This document shows positions 1 to 9,527 of a DNA stretch of 64,000 nucleotides, piece by piece. Where the stretch lies: contig JBDRHK010000015.1 in NCBI GenBank assembly GCA_043816965.1, positions 1 through 64,000 on the forward strand, written 5' to 3'. The notes beneath the pieces are model-generated. The model had not been told where the DNA came from. It did not search any database and saw nothing but the letters and a program-made list of their open reading frames with translations. The DNA is from Candidatus Iainarchaeum sp. GTDB taxonomy: Archaea > Iainarchaeota > Iainarchaeia > Iainarchaeales > JAFCCJ01. Numbering within the stretch: position 1 is the stretch's first letter; each line of letters starts with the position of its first letter. The position numbers were made by a program, and so were the translations under genes.

Positions 1-141
1 ACAACTGAAGCGATGCATAAATATGTCACAGAAAGCCAGCAAAAACACTGGAAAGCGGAAAAGCCGAAACCCGCGCAGACGACGCTGCTGCAGTTCAATT
101 GATTACAAAGACGCCTGCCGCTTCAGCGGCAGGTAGTTCAC
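1..141 (+). mobile_element. tnpA: Right end of an IS200/IS605-family element (3' end of tnpA plus RE hairpin), continuing beyond the window
   Basis: Frame 1 reads TTEAMHKYVTESQQKHW...QFN* (stop 100-102), like the C-terminal catalytic-Tyr helix of Y1 transposases; followed by hairpin CCTGCCGC-TTCA-GCGGCAGG (114-133) and TAGTTCAC (134-141), typical of IS200/605 right ends. Confidence 0.8.
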
Positions 142-748
142 AAACGATAATCAATTCGAACATATTTCCCCGTTGTTTAATATTTATTGGCGTACTTATA
201 AAAATCTCTTGAAAGATATTCCCAACATAGTCTATGAATTGTTTTGAAAAATGTAGCAATTCTTTTTTGTAATGTCCATCATATATTCTTACTTGCTCCT
301 CATTAAGATAACCGTCACCATAAATTACCCCCGCCAAATATGCCAATTTTGGATCAAGCAAGTTATTTTTGTCCAATGGAAATCTGATTACTTGGCCCTT
401 ATAATTCACTACGCAATTTGTGAATAGTTCTTCTGTTACATTTGAATCTTTTAGGTAAAGAGTTAAAGCTCTAAGCAGAGTTATTGGGAAAGTTTGTGAC
501 TTTATATATTGTTTCAATTTTACTGATTTAAGTAAAAAATTTGCATTTAGGTAATTTTTGTAAAAATTCCTGAACTCAAGATAGTCGTTTTTATTGCATT
601 GCTCAGAGATTATTCTTGCAGCTAAGAGGGATACCATCTTGAAACTTGACCTTAAAGTTGGATTCTTGTTAGTGGTACATGCGGCAATATTCAATTGGTT
701 GCCAATGAACTTGCTATTGTAAAATTTGTCATTTTCGAGTTTTATCAT
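142..748 (-). pseudogene. Free-standing LAGLIDADG endonuclease-like gene interrupted by the IS200 element
   Basis: Motif LAYLAGVIYGDG; probable start ATG at 748; after MFELIIV the frame runs into the IS end and no second LAGLIDADG motif is reached. Confidence 0.75.
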
Positions 749-786
749 AGTTGTATTAATTTGTTCTTTAGGAAATATATCGTCGT

Positions 787-810
787 TTCGGGACCTCCTT
801 TCCGGTGCGG
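787..810 (-). promoter_or_regulatory. 24-bp motif upstream of a LAGLIDADG gene, copy 1
   Basis: CCGCACCGGAAAGGAGGTCCCGAA on minus strand; matches 44591-44614 and 58007-58030. Confidence 0.65.
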
Positions 811-905
811 GATTCATGCTAAAATCACCATTACTGCCATTTCTGAAAACGCGGAAACTGAACACATCAAGAAAAACGAAACCGGAAGTAAAATGAAGAG
901 ACTCA

Positions 906-1028
906 TTACAAATCACTTCCGGATTTTGACAAGAGCCATATTTCCCTGTCCGTCAGTTCTTCTAAATTAGACTCTTTTAAAATCTCTAAACTTTGAATTT
1001 CTTTATTTGTTAAAAATGGAATTTTCAT
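906..1028 (-). CDS. Conserved 40-aa small protein, copy 1
   Basis: MKIPFLTNKEIQSLEILKESNLEELTDREIWLLSKSGSDL; RBS GGAGGTGA upstream; similar to ORF 57867-57998. Confidence 0.7.
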   Translation of the reverse strand: MKIPFLTNKEIQSLEILKESNLEELTDREIWLLSKSGSDL

Positions 1029-1196
1029 CAACCAAATCACCTCCTGGAAAGATGAATTTTTTCCGGAGCCGTCTTGCGGGTTTTGGAGGCATTAAATCCT
1101 TTGCACAAGTATGCTAATTTAAACGTGCAAAGGTTTAAGCCGAGAAAATCCGAGTCGTAGGAAAAAATTCCTCGAAGGAGGTGATTAATGAAAATT
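1020..1196 (-). repeat. Long imperfect inverted repeat / fold-back hairpin, copy 1
   Basis: Nested complementary blocks AATCACCTCC/GGAGGTGATT, GAATTTTTTC/GAAAAAATTC, CCTTTGCAC/GTGCAAAGG; homologous to 57694-57882. Confidence 0.85.
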
Positions 1197-1321
1197 TGTA
1201 TCTTTTTGATGGAATTCATGTCAACTAGGTTAACCTAACATTAATCATAAAATGCTCTGCAACGGGGGAGGCCAAGGGCAAATAAACTGGATTCTGTGAA
1301 GGACCGCGAACAAAAAGAGAA

Positions 1322-1343
1322 GGGGGAGTACTATTACTCCCTC
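1322..1343 (-). terminator. Hairpin plus pyrimidine tract after the DUF4139 gene
   Basis: GAGGGAGTA-ATAG-TACTCCCCC then TTCTCTTTTT on minus strand, right after the stop. Confidence 0.5.
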
Positions 1344-1346
1344 TAA

Positions 1347-2855
1347 TTACCAGTAATTGCGGTTTTCAACAGTATATGTTACTGTTTTTTCGCCTTTTGC
1401 CGGCACTGTCACGGTAAATTCAATCTCTGTCGCACTCTTGGATTCATAAGGATCGGAGAATTTTGTAATTGAGGCACTCCTCCCAACATACTCGTGCACA
1501 ACCACTTCCACAGCCTCATCCTTCTGGTTTTCCAGTTTTATTTCGTAACTGTTCCTGTACCAGCCTTTTGCAATGTTGGTTGATTCAGTTCTTGTCCTTT
1601 CCCCTGTAACATCAAATGCATCCCCTATATAGAGCCTGACCTCATCCTCTGTTTTTGTGTGGTCAATCTCGTCCTCGCCCAAAAACTGCAATTGCCCGTC
1701 GGAATCTTCCTTGTAAACCCTTACAATTCCCTTCGGGAGCGGAACGCCCAATCCCTGGTCCTTGGCATTTTTGAAATTAAGCTTTACCTGGACCTTTTCG
1801 CCCTGCGAAGCCCCATCATAATAGAATTCCTTTTTTATTGGAACCTCATCGCTGCTCAAAAGGCTTATCTGCTTGGTTTCATTGTTCATGATGTTTGTTT
1901 CCCTTCCAAGTGTGTACATATGGTACTCGAACAAGCCCTCCTCGACAAACTGTTCCGGGGCATAGCCTCCGTCAGCTGCGACCCCATACGCATAATTCAT
2001 TTCCCTCTGCACTGCTTTTCTAACCCTATGAATATCCCCTGCAACAAGTTTCAGCTTTGTGTTTGGGTAACTGGTTCCTGAATTGTTAGTAGTAGTAACC
2101 CAGCCCTTGAAATCCATTTTGGTGTCATTAACATTGACCTTTGCAATGTAATCTGCCCTCCAGTTAATCCCGTCAGTAAGGTAAATGGTTTGTGTATCCC
2201 TTGTCCCGGTATTTTCGGTGTAAAGTTTCCAAACCAGGGTAGGTTTTGTAAGAAGTCCATCACTCAATTTAGGAAAGGAGATTTTGTCAACATCGCTTAT
2301 TGAGATAACCTCGGTTTCTGTCTGCAGCAGCACACCGTCGGAATAGCCCAAAAGCACCCCTGTGTAAATCTTTGTCCCGGTTTCGCTGTTAACCTCAACA
2401 GTTATCTCCCTGTCCAGATATTTCTCAAGCAATTTTGATTTTGAAACCAAATCATACTCATAATTCTGCTCAACAACAAAAGTTTCCGGAAAATCCAGGT
2501 CAACGAACATTACTGATGTGGCATCAATCCTTTGCGCAATATCCTTGTACCTAATTTCATTAAGGCCCTTCTGCAAAAACAGGCTCCTAACTTCCTTTAC
2601 CAGTGCCAGATTTTCATTGTAGATTGTAAGTTCGCTGGAAAGTTTCTCATCACTTCCCTCATCAGCGGCAAATTCGGCAATAACGGCCGCAGGCTTTTTT
2701 ACAGACGCCTTGTAGGAATAATCCTCAATATTTATATTTGAAACACCATTTGCTGCCTCTTCCCCATCAGAAAGCATGAGCAAAACAGTGCTCAGCATAA
2801 CTGCAATAACCAAAACAAAACCGACAATTCCAATAAGCGCAATTTTCCTGTCCAT
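1347..2855 (-). CDS. DUF4139-family membrane-anchored protein
   Basis: N-terminal TM; motifs LTIYNENLALVKE, EQNYEYDL, GINWRADY, LPKGIVRVY. Confidence 0.75.
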   Translation of the reverse strand: MDRKIALIGIVGFVLVIAVMLSTVLLMLSDGEEAANGVSNINIEDYSYKASVKKPAAVIAEFAADEGSDEKLSSELTIYNENLALVKEVRSLFLQKGLNEIRYKDIAQRIDATSVMFVDLDFPETFVVEQNYEYDLVSKSKLLEKYLDREITVEVNSETGTKIYTGVLLGYSDGVLLQTETEVISISDVDKISFPKLSDGLLTKPTLVWKLYTENTGTRDTQTIYLTDGINWRADYIAKVNVNDTKMDFKGWVTTTNNSGTSYPNTKLKLVAGDIHRVRKAVQREMNYAYGVAADGGYAPEQFVEEGLFEYHMYTLGRETNIMNNETKQISLLSSDEVPIKKEFYYDGASQGEKVQVKLNFKNAKDQGLGVPLPKGIVRVYKEDSDGQLQFLGEDEIDHTKTEDEVRLYIGDAFDVTGERTRTESTNIAKGWYRNSYEIKLENQKDEAVEVVVHEYVGRSASITKFSDPYESKSATEIEFTVTVPAKGEKTVTYTVENRNYW

Positions 2856-2927
2856 TAAAACACCTCTCTATCTTTTGTATTTCTCCTTCTTCTTAAACCT
2901 TTTTGTTTGCTTAGGATTTAGGCTAAT

Positions 2928-3539
2928 TTAGCAAGTGCAGCCTGCAATTGCGCCGTCCCTAATATCGCAGATTCCGCTGTAAATATCGCATATATCTACT
3001 CCGATGCATAAAGGGGTGGCATCCACATTGGGGTCAGTTACCATCTTCCCTGTACGCCCCATTTTGGAAACAGAAATCTTTTCAGAGCCAAGTATGGTTT
3101 CGCAGGTAATCCGGTAATTAAAATAATTAGTTGGTATGGGTGGAGAGTTTGCAGATAGTGTTCCTGTCGGAAGTTCTATTGGAAGTGCAGCCACATTATT
3201 CTCTAGCAGAAAATAATTACAAGTTACACCTGTCTCGTCAAAAATACGGGACATAACAATATCTAATTTACTCACTACTGCCCCCAGAAAATTTTCCACG
3301 GAAGGATCACAATCTGTGCTGCCGTTTGTGTAAAGATAATCGGCAATCCCGTCACTAACTGCCTGGTCTGCGAGATAAATCGCATTTTCGGCTATAAACT
3401 GCAATTCCAGAATTGTGTCGGTTTTGGATTCAATTTCAATATCCCTCACAGAGATAGACATAAGTATGATGCTGGAGAAAATCAGCACCAATGCAACCAT
3501 TGCAAAGGTTGCGGTGTAAACCCCCCTATAATTCATCAT
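2928..3539 (-). CDS. Pilin-like protein, Cys-rich C-terminus
   Basis: RG followed by hydrophobic helix; in pilin cluster. Confidence 0.55.
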   Translation of the reverse strand: MMNYRGVYTATFAMVALVLIFSSIILMSISVRDIEIESKTDTILELQFIAENAIYLADQAVSDGIADYLYTNGSTDCDPSVENFLGAVVSKLDIVMSRIFDETGVTCNYFLLENNVAALPIELPTGTLSANSPPIPTNYFNYRITCETILGSEKISVSKMGRTGKMVTDPNVDATPLCIGVDICDIYSGICDIRDGAIAGCTC

Positions 3540-3829
3540 CCCAACTCCACGCAGTGCACATCAACAGTAACCCCGGTCGCAAAATCATACCTGAATGCCC
3601 TTGCACAGTAACCATATGCTCCTGTTAATGGGGGAGGGATTCCTCCACCGGCAGGTCTCGTATAAAAAGAAACCATTGCAGCATCAATTGCCTGCTGCCT
3701 TGTGCTTTTGGCGGCCTCAACATCTGCCTTTTCAACAAGGTAAAGGTTTGCATAGGCGGCCGCAAGAATAACAACCACAGCTATTGCAAACATGGCGTCA
3801 ACACTGAAAGCAAAACCTTTATCAGACAT
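3536..3829 (-). CDS. Minor pilin-like protein (class III signal peptide)
   Basis: MSDKG|FAFSVD plus hydrophobic stretch. Confidence 0.65.
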   Translation of the reverse strand: MSDKGFAFSVDAMFAIAVVVILAAAYANLYLVEKADVEAAKSTRQQAIDAAMVSFYTRPAGGGIPPPLTGAYGYCARAFRYDFATGVTVDVHCVELG

Positions 3830-4463
3830 TCTTCCACACCTTTAGCGTTATTGTCCCCTGCTCCAAAGGGCAACCTAAACTGTCATTGTCCCTAATGCAA
3901 TTATGGTATAACTCTTTTTTGAATATCCACTCCTCAAACCCTGGGCCTTGTGTGCCATTAAGAAAAACAACATCCCTTGTCGATGAATACACATTGCTTG
4001 CGGACCCGTCAAAAATAGCTCCGCATTCATTTGCAGTCAGGTTTAATTCAGCAGTGATATTGCCAGAAACTGAACCATTTCCAGTAATATTGCAGGAATA
4101 GTCAGATGGAATCCCCAATTTTTCCTTTGTTATTTCTAATTCCGGGGGAGGAGCCGTGAAAAGAGGAATGCAGCCCATCACAGGCGCAAGAGAGGTAAGC
4201 GTACCTGCAAAATCGCGTCCTGCCATTCTGCAGGAAAAATATTCATTATCTGTCGCAAGAAAGGAAGGCTTGCTCATAAGGATAAGTGTGGCGGTCTCCC
4301 CAACTGAATAAAGTTCGTTATTGATTTCCGCCTCCCTTTGGTTGTATTCCTGCAACTCCATAAACTGAAGCATCAGCCCAATTGCAAGAATTATGATTGT
4401 GAGGGAAAGGATAAAATCCAATGAAAAAATCTGGCCTTTTTTATTCAACATATCACCCAACAT
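3822..4463 (-). CDS. Minor pilin-like protein (class III signal peptide)
   Basis: KKG|QIFSLD plus hydrophobic stretch. Confidence 0.7.
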   Translation of the reverse strand: MLGDMLNKKGQIFSLDFILSLTIIILAIGLMLQFMELQEYNQREAEINNELYSVGETATLILMSKPSFLATDNEYFSCRMAGRDFAGTLTSLAPVMGCIPLFTAPPPELEITKEKLGIPSDYSCNITGNGSVSGNITAELNLTANECGAIFDGSASNVYSSTRDVVFLNGTQGPGFEEWIFKKELYHNCIRDNDSLGCPLEQGTITLKVWKNV

Positions 4464-4911
4464 CCACCGTTTCTCCGCATTTTATTGGAAAGGTTCCATT
4501 AAGGGTCGTTGTCTCCCTTGTTACAGCAACAGCCAGTTCCTCCGGGGCATCACCATAAATATTTCCCGCATCATCAAAATCAAAATTCATTGTCAATTTG
4601 TTGCCGGCATAATTTATCTCACAATCCAATGCCCGTCTCTCGCCAATAAGAATTAGTTTTGGCACCGAATACGTAATATCAACAGTACTGGTGATTTCTG
4701 CCCCTGTTCCCGCAGTAAAAGACTGCGAAAGCTCCTCATTCAAGGTGTAAATCCTTGCAACCTCGTTTAAAATTGCCCTTCCCTGGGAACGTATTGAAAT
4801 CGCCTGCTGGCTTTCAGTGACATCATCCATTAAAATTGCCATTCCCTGCACAAAAAGCATTGCCACCAAAATGGTTAATGTCAAATCAATGCTTACCTGA
4901 CCCCTCTGCAT
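4453..4911 (-). CDS. Pilin-like protein (class III signal peptide)
   Basis: MQRG|QVSID plus hydrophobic stretch. Confidence 0.7.
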   Translation of the reverse strand: MQRGQVSIDLTLTILVAMLFVQGMAILMDDVTESQQAISIRSQGRAILNEVARIYTLNEELSQSFTAGTGAEITSTVDITYSVPKLILIGERRALDCEINYAGNKLTMNFDFDDAGNIYGDAPEELAVAVTRETTTLNGTFPIKCGETVDVG

Positions 4912-6129
4912 TCAATCACCATAAAGAATTGCTTTTCCCGCAATATTAATCAGCTCAGGAACAAGATCTCTTCCGTTAATCCTCTGCAATCCCCCTGATG
5001 CGCAGGCCCTCTCCCCAAATTCCTTTACAGCATCAACCCTGACCCCTGGGCCATTTATCAGGATAGGGAGAGGGTCGCCTGAATGTGCCTTAAGTGAGCA
5101 GGGAGTTGAATGGTCCCCTGTAACCGCAATCACCGTATTCTTAAGTCCCCTTAATTCACCAATCGCCAAATCATCCTTCTCAATAAACTTCATTTTGCCC
5201 CTGCAATTTCCATCCTCACCCAAAGAGTCAGTTCCCTTTACATGCAGGAAGATGAAATCGTATTTATTCAGGGCTTTTTTCGCCTCCCTGAACTTTGCCC
5301 CGGCATTTGTTGCAGGGGTACCTGTCGCCCCCTTAACATCTATCAAATCCATTCCCAAAAATCTGGCAACTCCCCTGTAAAGTCCCCCGCCTGCAATGCA
5401 CCCTGCCTTCAGCCCAAACTTTTTCTCAAAACTTTCCAGTTTCGGGACAAATGCCGCGCCCCTTATGAGGACATAGTTTGGAATAAGTTTTCCGGATTTT
5501 TTCCTTTTTGCATTTTCAGGATTTTTGGAAACCACATCCCTAGCCTTAGCCAGGAAGTTGTTCATAACCTTTGCGGTAAATTTCGCCTGCCTTGTATTTT
5601 TGGTGGGCCTTACGGCAAGAACATTCTCCCCCGCAATATGGGGGTCATTGTCGGCCACATCCCCCGATAATCCTTTTCCCCTTGCAATAATTCCCATGCG
5701 GTGCGCGGTGCCTGGCTGAACCATAAATTTAATCCCGTTAATTGCAATCCCATCCAGTTTCTTTGCATAGGGGGAAGTGTCACCAATCCTCCCTGCTCTC
5801 CGGTCTATTATTTTCCCGCCTTTATCCACGGTCGCAAGGTTTGCCCTGAAACAAACATCTCCCTTTTTTGGGTTCATCCCAATTCCCAAAACCTCAAACA
5901 GGCCCCTCCCTGCATAATACTTTTCAGGAGGAAAGCCAAGAATTGAAAGATGTGCTGTGTCACTCCCAGGCCTTACTCCCCTTCCGATTGTGTCCATTAA
6001 GCCAGTGATTCCATTTTTTGCAAGTTTGTTAAGGTTTGGGGTTTTCGCTTTCTCCAAAGGAGTAAGGCCCCCGAATTCCTTAACCGGCCTATCCCCGAGA
6101 CCATCCAGAATTACAAGTAAAATCTTCAT
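4912..6129 (-). CDS. apgM: 2,3-bisphosphoglycerate-independent phosphoglycerate mutase, archaeal type
   Basis: ILDGLGDRP, TPLE.A.TPNL, GSDTAHL, DRRAGRI, TGDHSTP motifs. Confidence 0.95.
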   Translation of the reverse strand: MKILLVILDGLGDRPVKEFGGLTPLEKAKTPNLNKLAKNGITGLMDTIGRGVRPGSDTAHLSILGFPPEKYYAGRGLFEVLGIGMNPKKGDVCFRANLATVDKGGKIIDRRAGRIGDTSPYAKKLDGIAINGIKFMVQPGTAHRMGIIARGKGLSGDVADNDPHIAGENVLAVRPTKNTRQAKFTAKVMNNFLAKARDVVSKNPENAKRKKSGKLIPNYVLIRGAAFVPKLESFEKKFGLKAGCIAGGGLYRGVARFLGMDLIDVKGATGTPATNAGAKFREAKKALNKYDFIFLHVKGTDSLGEDGNCRGKMKFIEKDDLAIGELRGLKNTVIAVTGDHSTPCSLKAHSGDPLPILINGPGVRVDAVKEFGERACASGGLQRINGRDLVPELINIAGKAILYGD

Positions 6130-6149
6130 CAGAACCGATATTAATTAAA

Positions 6150-6515
6150 TCAAACTACTATAAATTCTTGTTGCTTTCCCCCAGAATCAAATGCAGCGAT
6201 GGATTCCAGGTCATATGGATATGCTGCAATAAGATGGAAATCCCCGAATTTTGTAAAACTGCTTAAATCCGCCATTGAGGGATATGCATTGGGGGATGGG
6301 TGGGAATGGACACTCCCCATTACCCTGGAATCTATGGGGATAAGCCAGCTCTTTATTGCGGTGAAATTTCTTCCATAAGTTGCGGGAACCACGACCAATT
6401 CATCAATAATGCCATTTTTCTTATCCCCGCCAAGAAGGGAAAAGAACTCGTTAGGATAGGTATTGTGAGAAGCAATAATTATTGATTCTATTGTTTCCTT
6501 TTTAATTCGGTACAT
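6150..6515 (-). CDS. JAMM/MPN+ metalloprotease
   Basis: YPNEF and HSHPS...PS..D motif; probable start MYRIKK. Confidence 0.85.
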   Translation of the reverse strand: MYRIKKETIESIIIASHNTYPNEFFSLLGGDKKNGIIDELVVVPATYGRNFTAIKSWLIPIDSRVMGSVHSHPSPNAYPSMADLSSFTKFGDFHLIAAYPYDLESIAAFDSGGKQQEFIVV

Positions 6516-6562
6516 CGGAACCCCAAATAATAAGGGCAGAAAAATTAAAATACCGCAACAAA

Positions 6563-6883
6563 TCAGCAATTTTCCAATTGGGAAGGAATTCCGTTTGGGT
6601 ATTCCTTGGCAGAGCAGACTTGGTTTTTAACATACCAACAGCAACCCATAGCATAGCTGGCTCCAGCTGGGGCGAAATCACCTAAATCTGATGGATCAGC
6701 CTTACAGTTATTTTCATCGCCACCATATGTATTAATACATGATATTTTTGCGCCAGACAGCCGGCTAGGGGGATCGGGATTGATCGGAGGTAATATCGAA
6801 ATTAGCACCACCGAAACAACAACTACGACAACCAATGTCATCAGAACAGCCGCACCGACAATCAAAATCAACTTCTTATCCAT
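6563..6883 (-). CDS. Membrane-anchored paralog of pilin 11408-11740 lacking the class III cleavage site
   Basis: Shares AK.SC.NTYGG, LGDFAPA.A.YA.GCCW, VCSAKEY with 11408-11740. Confidence 0.75.
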   Translation of the reverse strand: MDKKLILIVGAAVLMTLVVVVVVSVVLISILPPINPDPPSRLSGAKISCINTYGGDENNCKADPSDLGDFAPAGASYAMGCCWYVKNQVCSAKEYPNGIPSQLENC

Positions 6884-6924
6884 GCAAACGAATAAGCCCA
6901 AACTACTATTTATTTATGCCTGAT

Positions 6925-8115
6925 TCAAATTCCCAGGTAAAAAACTATCACCGGCACCATCAGGAACGCCATGCAATTTGTCCTTTTTGTCCCTGTGCAA
7001 ATTGTGAGCAACCCAACAGCTGCTGAAACAACCAGCAAAAGAATTCCAACAACCCCGCTAAACCAATAGACCAAAAAGAAAAGTAAAATAATTATTATTT
7101 TGTTAATTAGGGAGTAATCGAATCTCGAAAGATTCTTTGCAACAATTATTGCCATCACCTCAGCGGCGATTGCCCCCACCCCAATCGCAATCAAGATAAC
7201 CGCAATGAAAATCAGCAGGGTATTCCAGTCCAGTTTAACCAATTCCTTGACCGCAACAGCTGCTCCTGTCCTTGTTTTCCCAAGCAGGAAAAGGATAAAG
7301 AAACTGAAAATTATATTGGTTGTATTAATCCCGCCCAGCATTACAAGATAGCCCTTGCTGCTCATTTTCCCCTTTAGTTTCCCTGCCATGAATGCTGCCT
7401 GGCTTGCCCCGACCCCGGGCAGTATGGAAACAAAACCCCCGGCCAGTGTGCTAAGAAGGGAATATTTTAAGACAGGATTTAATGGATATGAATCCTTTTT
7501 CACCAATTGTTTCCTCAATCTTGTTTTCACCCTTAAGGAGTTGAGCAGCGTGGATAGGCCAAAAAAACCAGTAACCAACGGAAATATTGGATTGCCTATT
7601 GCAAGGAAGTTCAGTGAAATTAATCCAATTACTGAGGAAAGCGCTACAATAGCAAAACTCCACAGGATTTTATTCTGTTTCTTCTGCCAGAAAACCATAA
7701 AGAGAAGAATCAGGATAAGGATGAACGGAACAAACTGGTAAATTATTTTTCCCCATTCCTCAATGAAGAGAAAGTAAACAGGGGAAATCAGCACCGCAAC
7801 AACACCCCCAAAAACCCCGCCAATGATTGTGAATTTTATCGCCGAAACCCCCTCCCCCTTAAGCAGTAATTTATGCCCGGGAAGAACCGAAAGAAAAGTG
7901 CTTTCTTCCCCTGCCCCCAAAAAAACACTTGGGATGAAATCAACAAATGACTGCACTGTGCTCATTGCGACAATCATCACCGCAACACCCAGGCCAAATT
8001 CCCCGAAAAGGCTGACCGCAACAAGGGCAACAGTGTTTGCATGGATTCCTGGAACCAGGCCTGTGGCAACTCCAAAAAAACAACCTACAAAAATAAAAAA
8101 CAGAATCTCAATCAA
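6925..8115 (-). CDS. TctA/DUF112-family multi-pass membrane protein
   Basis: TGLVPGIHAN, FIPSVFLG, SVLPGH, LPGVG motifs. Confidence 0.85.
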   Translation of the reverse strand: MIEILFFIFVGCFFGVATGLVPGIHANTVALVAVSLFGEFGLGVAVMIVAMSTVQSFVDFIPSVFLGAGEESTFLSVLPGHKLLLKGEGVSAIKFTIIGGVFGGVVAVLISPVYFLFIEEWGKIIYQFVPFILILILLFMVFWQKKQNKILWSFAIVALSSVIGLISLNFLAIGNPIFPLVTGFFGLSTLLNSLRVKTRLRKQLVKKDSYPLNPVLKYSLLSTLAGGFVSILPGVGASQAAFMAGKLKGKMSSKGYLVMLGGINTTNIIFSFFILFLLGKTRTGAAVAVKELVKLDWNTLLIFIAVILIAIGVGAIAAEVMAIIVAKNLSRFDYSLINKIIIILLFFLVYWFSGVVGILLLVVSAAVGLLTICTGTKRTNCMAFLMVPVIVFYLGI

Positions 8116-8470
8116 CGCTTTCCACTTCCTCGGCGATGATTTCCAGCTGCCCCTTATATTTCTTAACCACGCCCCTGATTCTCACAAATTCATTTTCCCT
8201 TACCCCCGCCAATTCCCTGACAGTTGGGGAGAAAACAACAACCCTCAAACCCCCTTCCCCCCCGAGTGAAAAGAACAATGTGTCATTTGCGAAAAACCTT
8301 TCCCCAACCTTTCCCTGGGAAATAACTCTTTTGTCTAGCCAGCTTTCATCAATTTCCCCGGGGGAGATTTCCAATGGCTCCTCCATAAACGCCAGAAACA
8401 GGAGCAGGATAATTCCTGCAAGGGAAACCAGGAGAGAAATCTTTTTCACCAGAAAATCATTGAATTCCAT
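8108..8470 (-). CDS. Membrane-anchored OB-fold protein
   Basis: N-terminal TM; V.I.G.V..YKGQLEII beta pattern. Confidence 0.7.
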   Translation of the reverse strand: MEFNDFLVKKISLLVSLAGIILLLFLAFMEEPLEISPGEIDESWLDKRVISQGKVGERFFANDTLFFSLGGEGGLRVVVFSPTVRELAGVRENEFVRIRGVVKKYKGQLEIIAEEVESVD

Positions 8471-8501
8471 AGCTTATTTGGAAAAGAAAAGAAGATAAAT
8501 A

Positions 8502-8519
8502 ATTCGTCAATTGACGAAT
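8502..8519. promoter_or_regulatory. Palindromic candidate operator, copy 1
   Basis: Perfect palindrome ATTCGTCAATTGACGAAT next to a TATA-like box for gene 8470(-). Confidence 0.7.
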
Positions 8520-8520
8520 A

Positions 8521-9114
8521 TTAGATTTTCTCTATTTCGACAGGCCTGGGCCCCAAAAGGCCCCTTTTAAGCCTAAGCTTAACCCTTTCCCCTTTTTTGA
8601 ATTTCAAGCCTGATTTTATATTGTGCTTTTTCGCAACAGTCCAGGACCTAAGATCAAATTCTGTTTCCACAAGGCAGTTCTCCCCGTCACTCATAATAAC
8701 CTTTCCAAAACCATAGTTTCTTCTGAAAACCACCCAGAAAATTGCCATGAAAATAAATAGCAGAATAATAAGCGCAAAAAAGAAAAAGCTCTGGCCTGAA
8801 AATTCAGGGGCAAAAACCGGCCCAAGCCAGCTCAGTTGGGCAATAATAATCAAACCGACAAAGAAGTAGAGGTATGCGAAAAAATCCTCCTTGAATTCCT
8901 CCCGCCCCTCTGTTGCAAGCTCATAAAGGAGAATAACAATCAGAATTAATTCCGCAATCAAAAATAATTCATAAGGAATCAAAAATTTGAGAAAAACCCC
9001 TGCAATAATAACAAGCAGCAGAATCTGCATCTTGTAAACAAGATATGTGCGGTGGCTGAAATTGCCGACATTTTTCTCCAGGAATTTTTCAATCAAGCCA
9101 ATCAGCTCGGGCAA
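8521..9114 (-). CDS. Membrane protein, DUF2101-like
   Basis: Four TM helices then RRNYGFGKV...FDLRS; pilus-locus context. Confidence 0.55.
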   Translation of the reverse strand: MPELIGLIEKFLEKNVGNFSHRTYLVYKMQILLLVIIAGVFLKFLIPYELFLIAELILIVILLYELATEGREEFKEDFFAYLYFFVGLIIIAQLSWLGPVFAPEFSGQSFFFFALIILLFIFMAIFWVVFRRNYGFGKVIMSDGENCLVETEFDLRSWTVAKKHNIKSGLKFKKGERVKLRLKRGLLGPRPVEIEKI

Positions 9115-9527
9115 TTAGTGCTAGAAGGAATATTGTCCCTATCTGTGCCGTTAATGCACACATGCACAGTCTCATATTTGCTCCTCAAAATAATCTCGTC
9201 CCGAAGATAATCTTTGAATGCGGTGGTGTCTAGGTTCATGCTGCCCCCGGAAAGAATTAAATCCAGCTTAATTGTGTCATCGCCTACAGTCTCAAAAAGT
9301 ATTTCCTCAATGTACTCCATAGAATCAATCTGGCTCAGTTTGTCGATTGTTTTTTCCTTTGCAATTATCAGCGCAATTGTTGAATCTTTTATGACCACGT
9401 AATTGGAAAGAATCATGGTAACCAAACCTATTACCGCCGCGAAAACGATAATCAGCTCATAGCTGACCTGGCCGGAATTACTAAGCCAATTTGACAGTGG
9501 TTGTAGAACCATCTTTTTCAACCTCAA
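9102..9527 (-). CDS. Pilin-like protein
   Basis: SG|QVSYE plus hydrophobic stretch; start uncertain. Confidence 0.65.
   Translation of the reverse strand: MRLKKMVLQPLSNWLSNSGQVSYELIIVFAAVIGLVTMILSNYVVIKDSTIALIIAKEKTIDKLSQIDSMEYIEEILFETVGDDTIKLDLILSGGSMNLDTTAFKDYLRDEIILRSKYETVHVCINGTDRDNIPSSTNCPS

Noticed and set aside
1188..1238. Plus-strand RBS and ATG at the end of hairpin copy 1
   Set aside because: Mirror image of the paired RBS, gives only 16 codons and has no counterpart in copy 2
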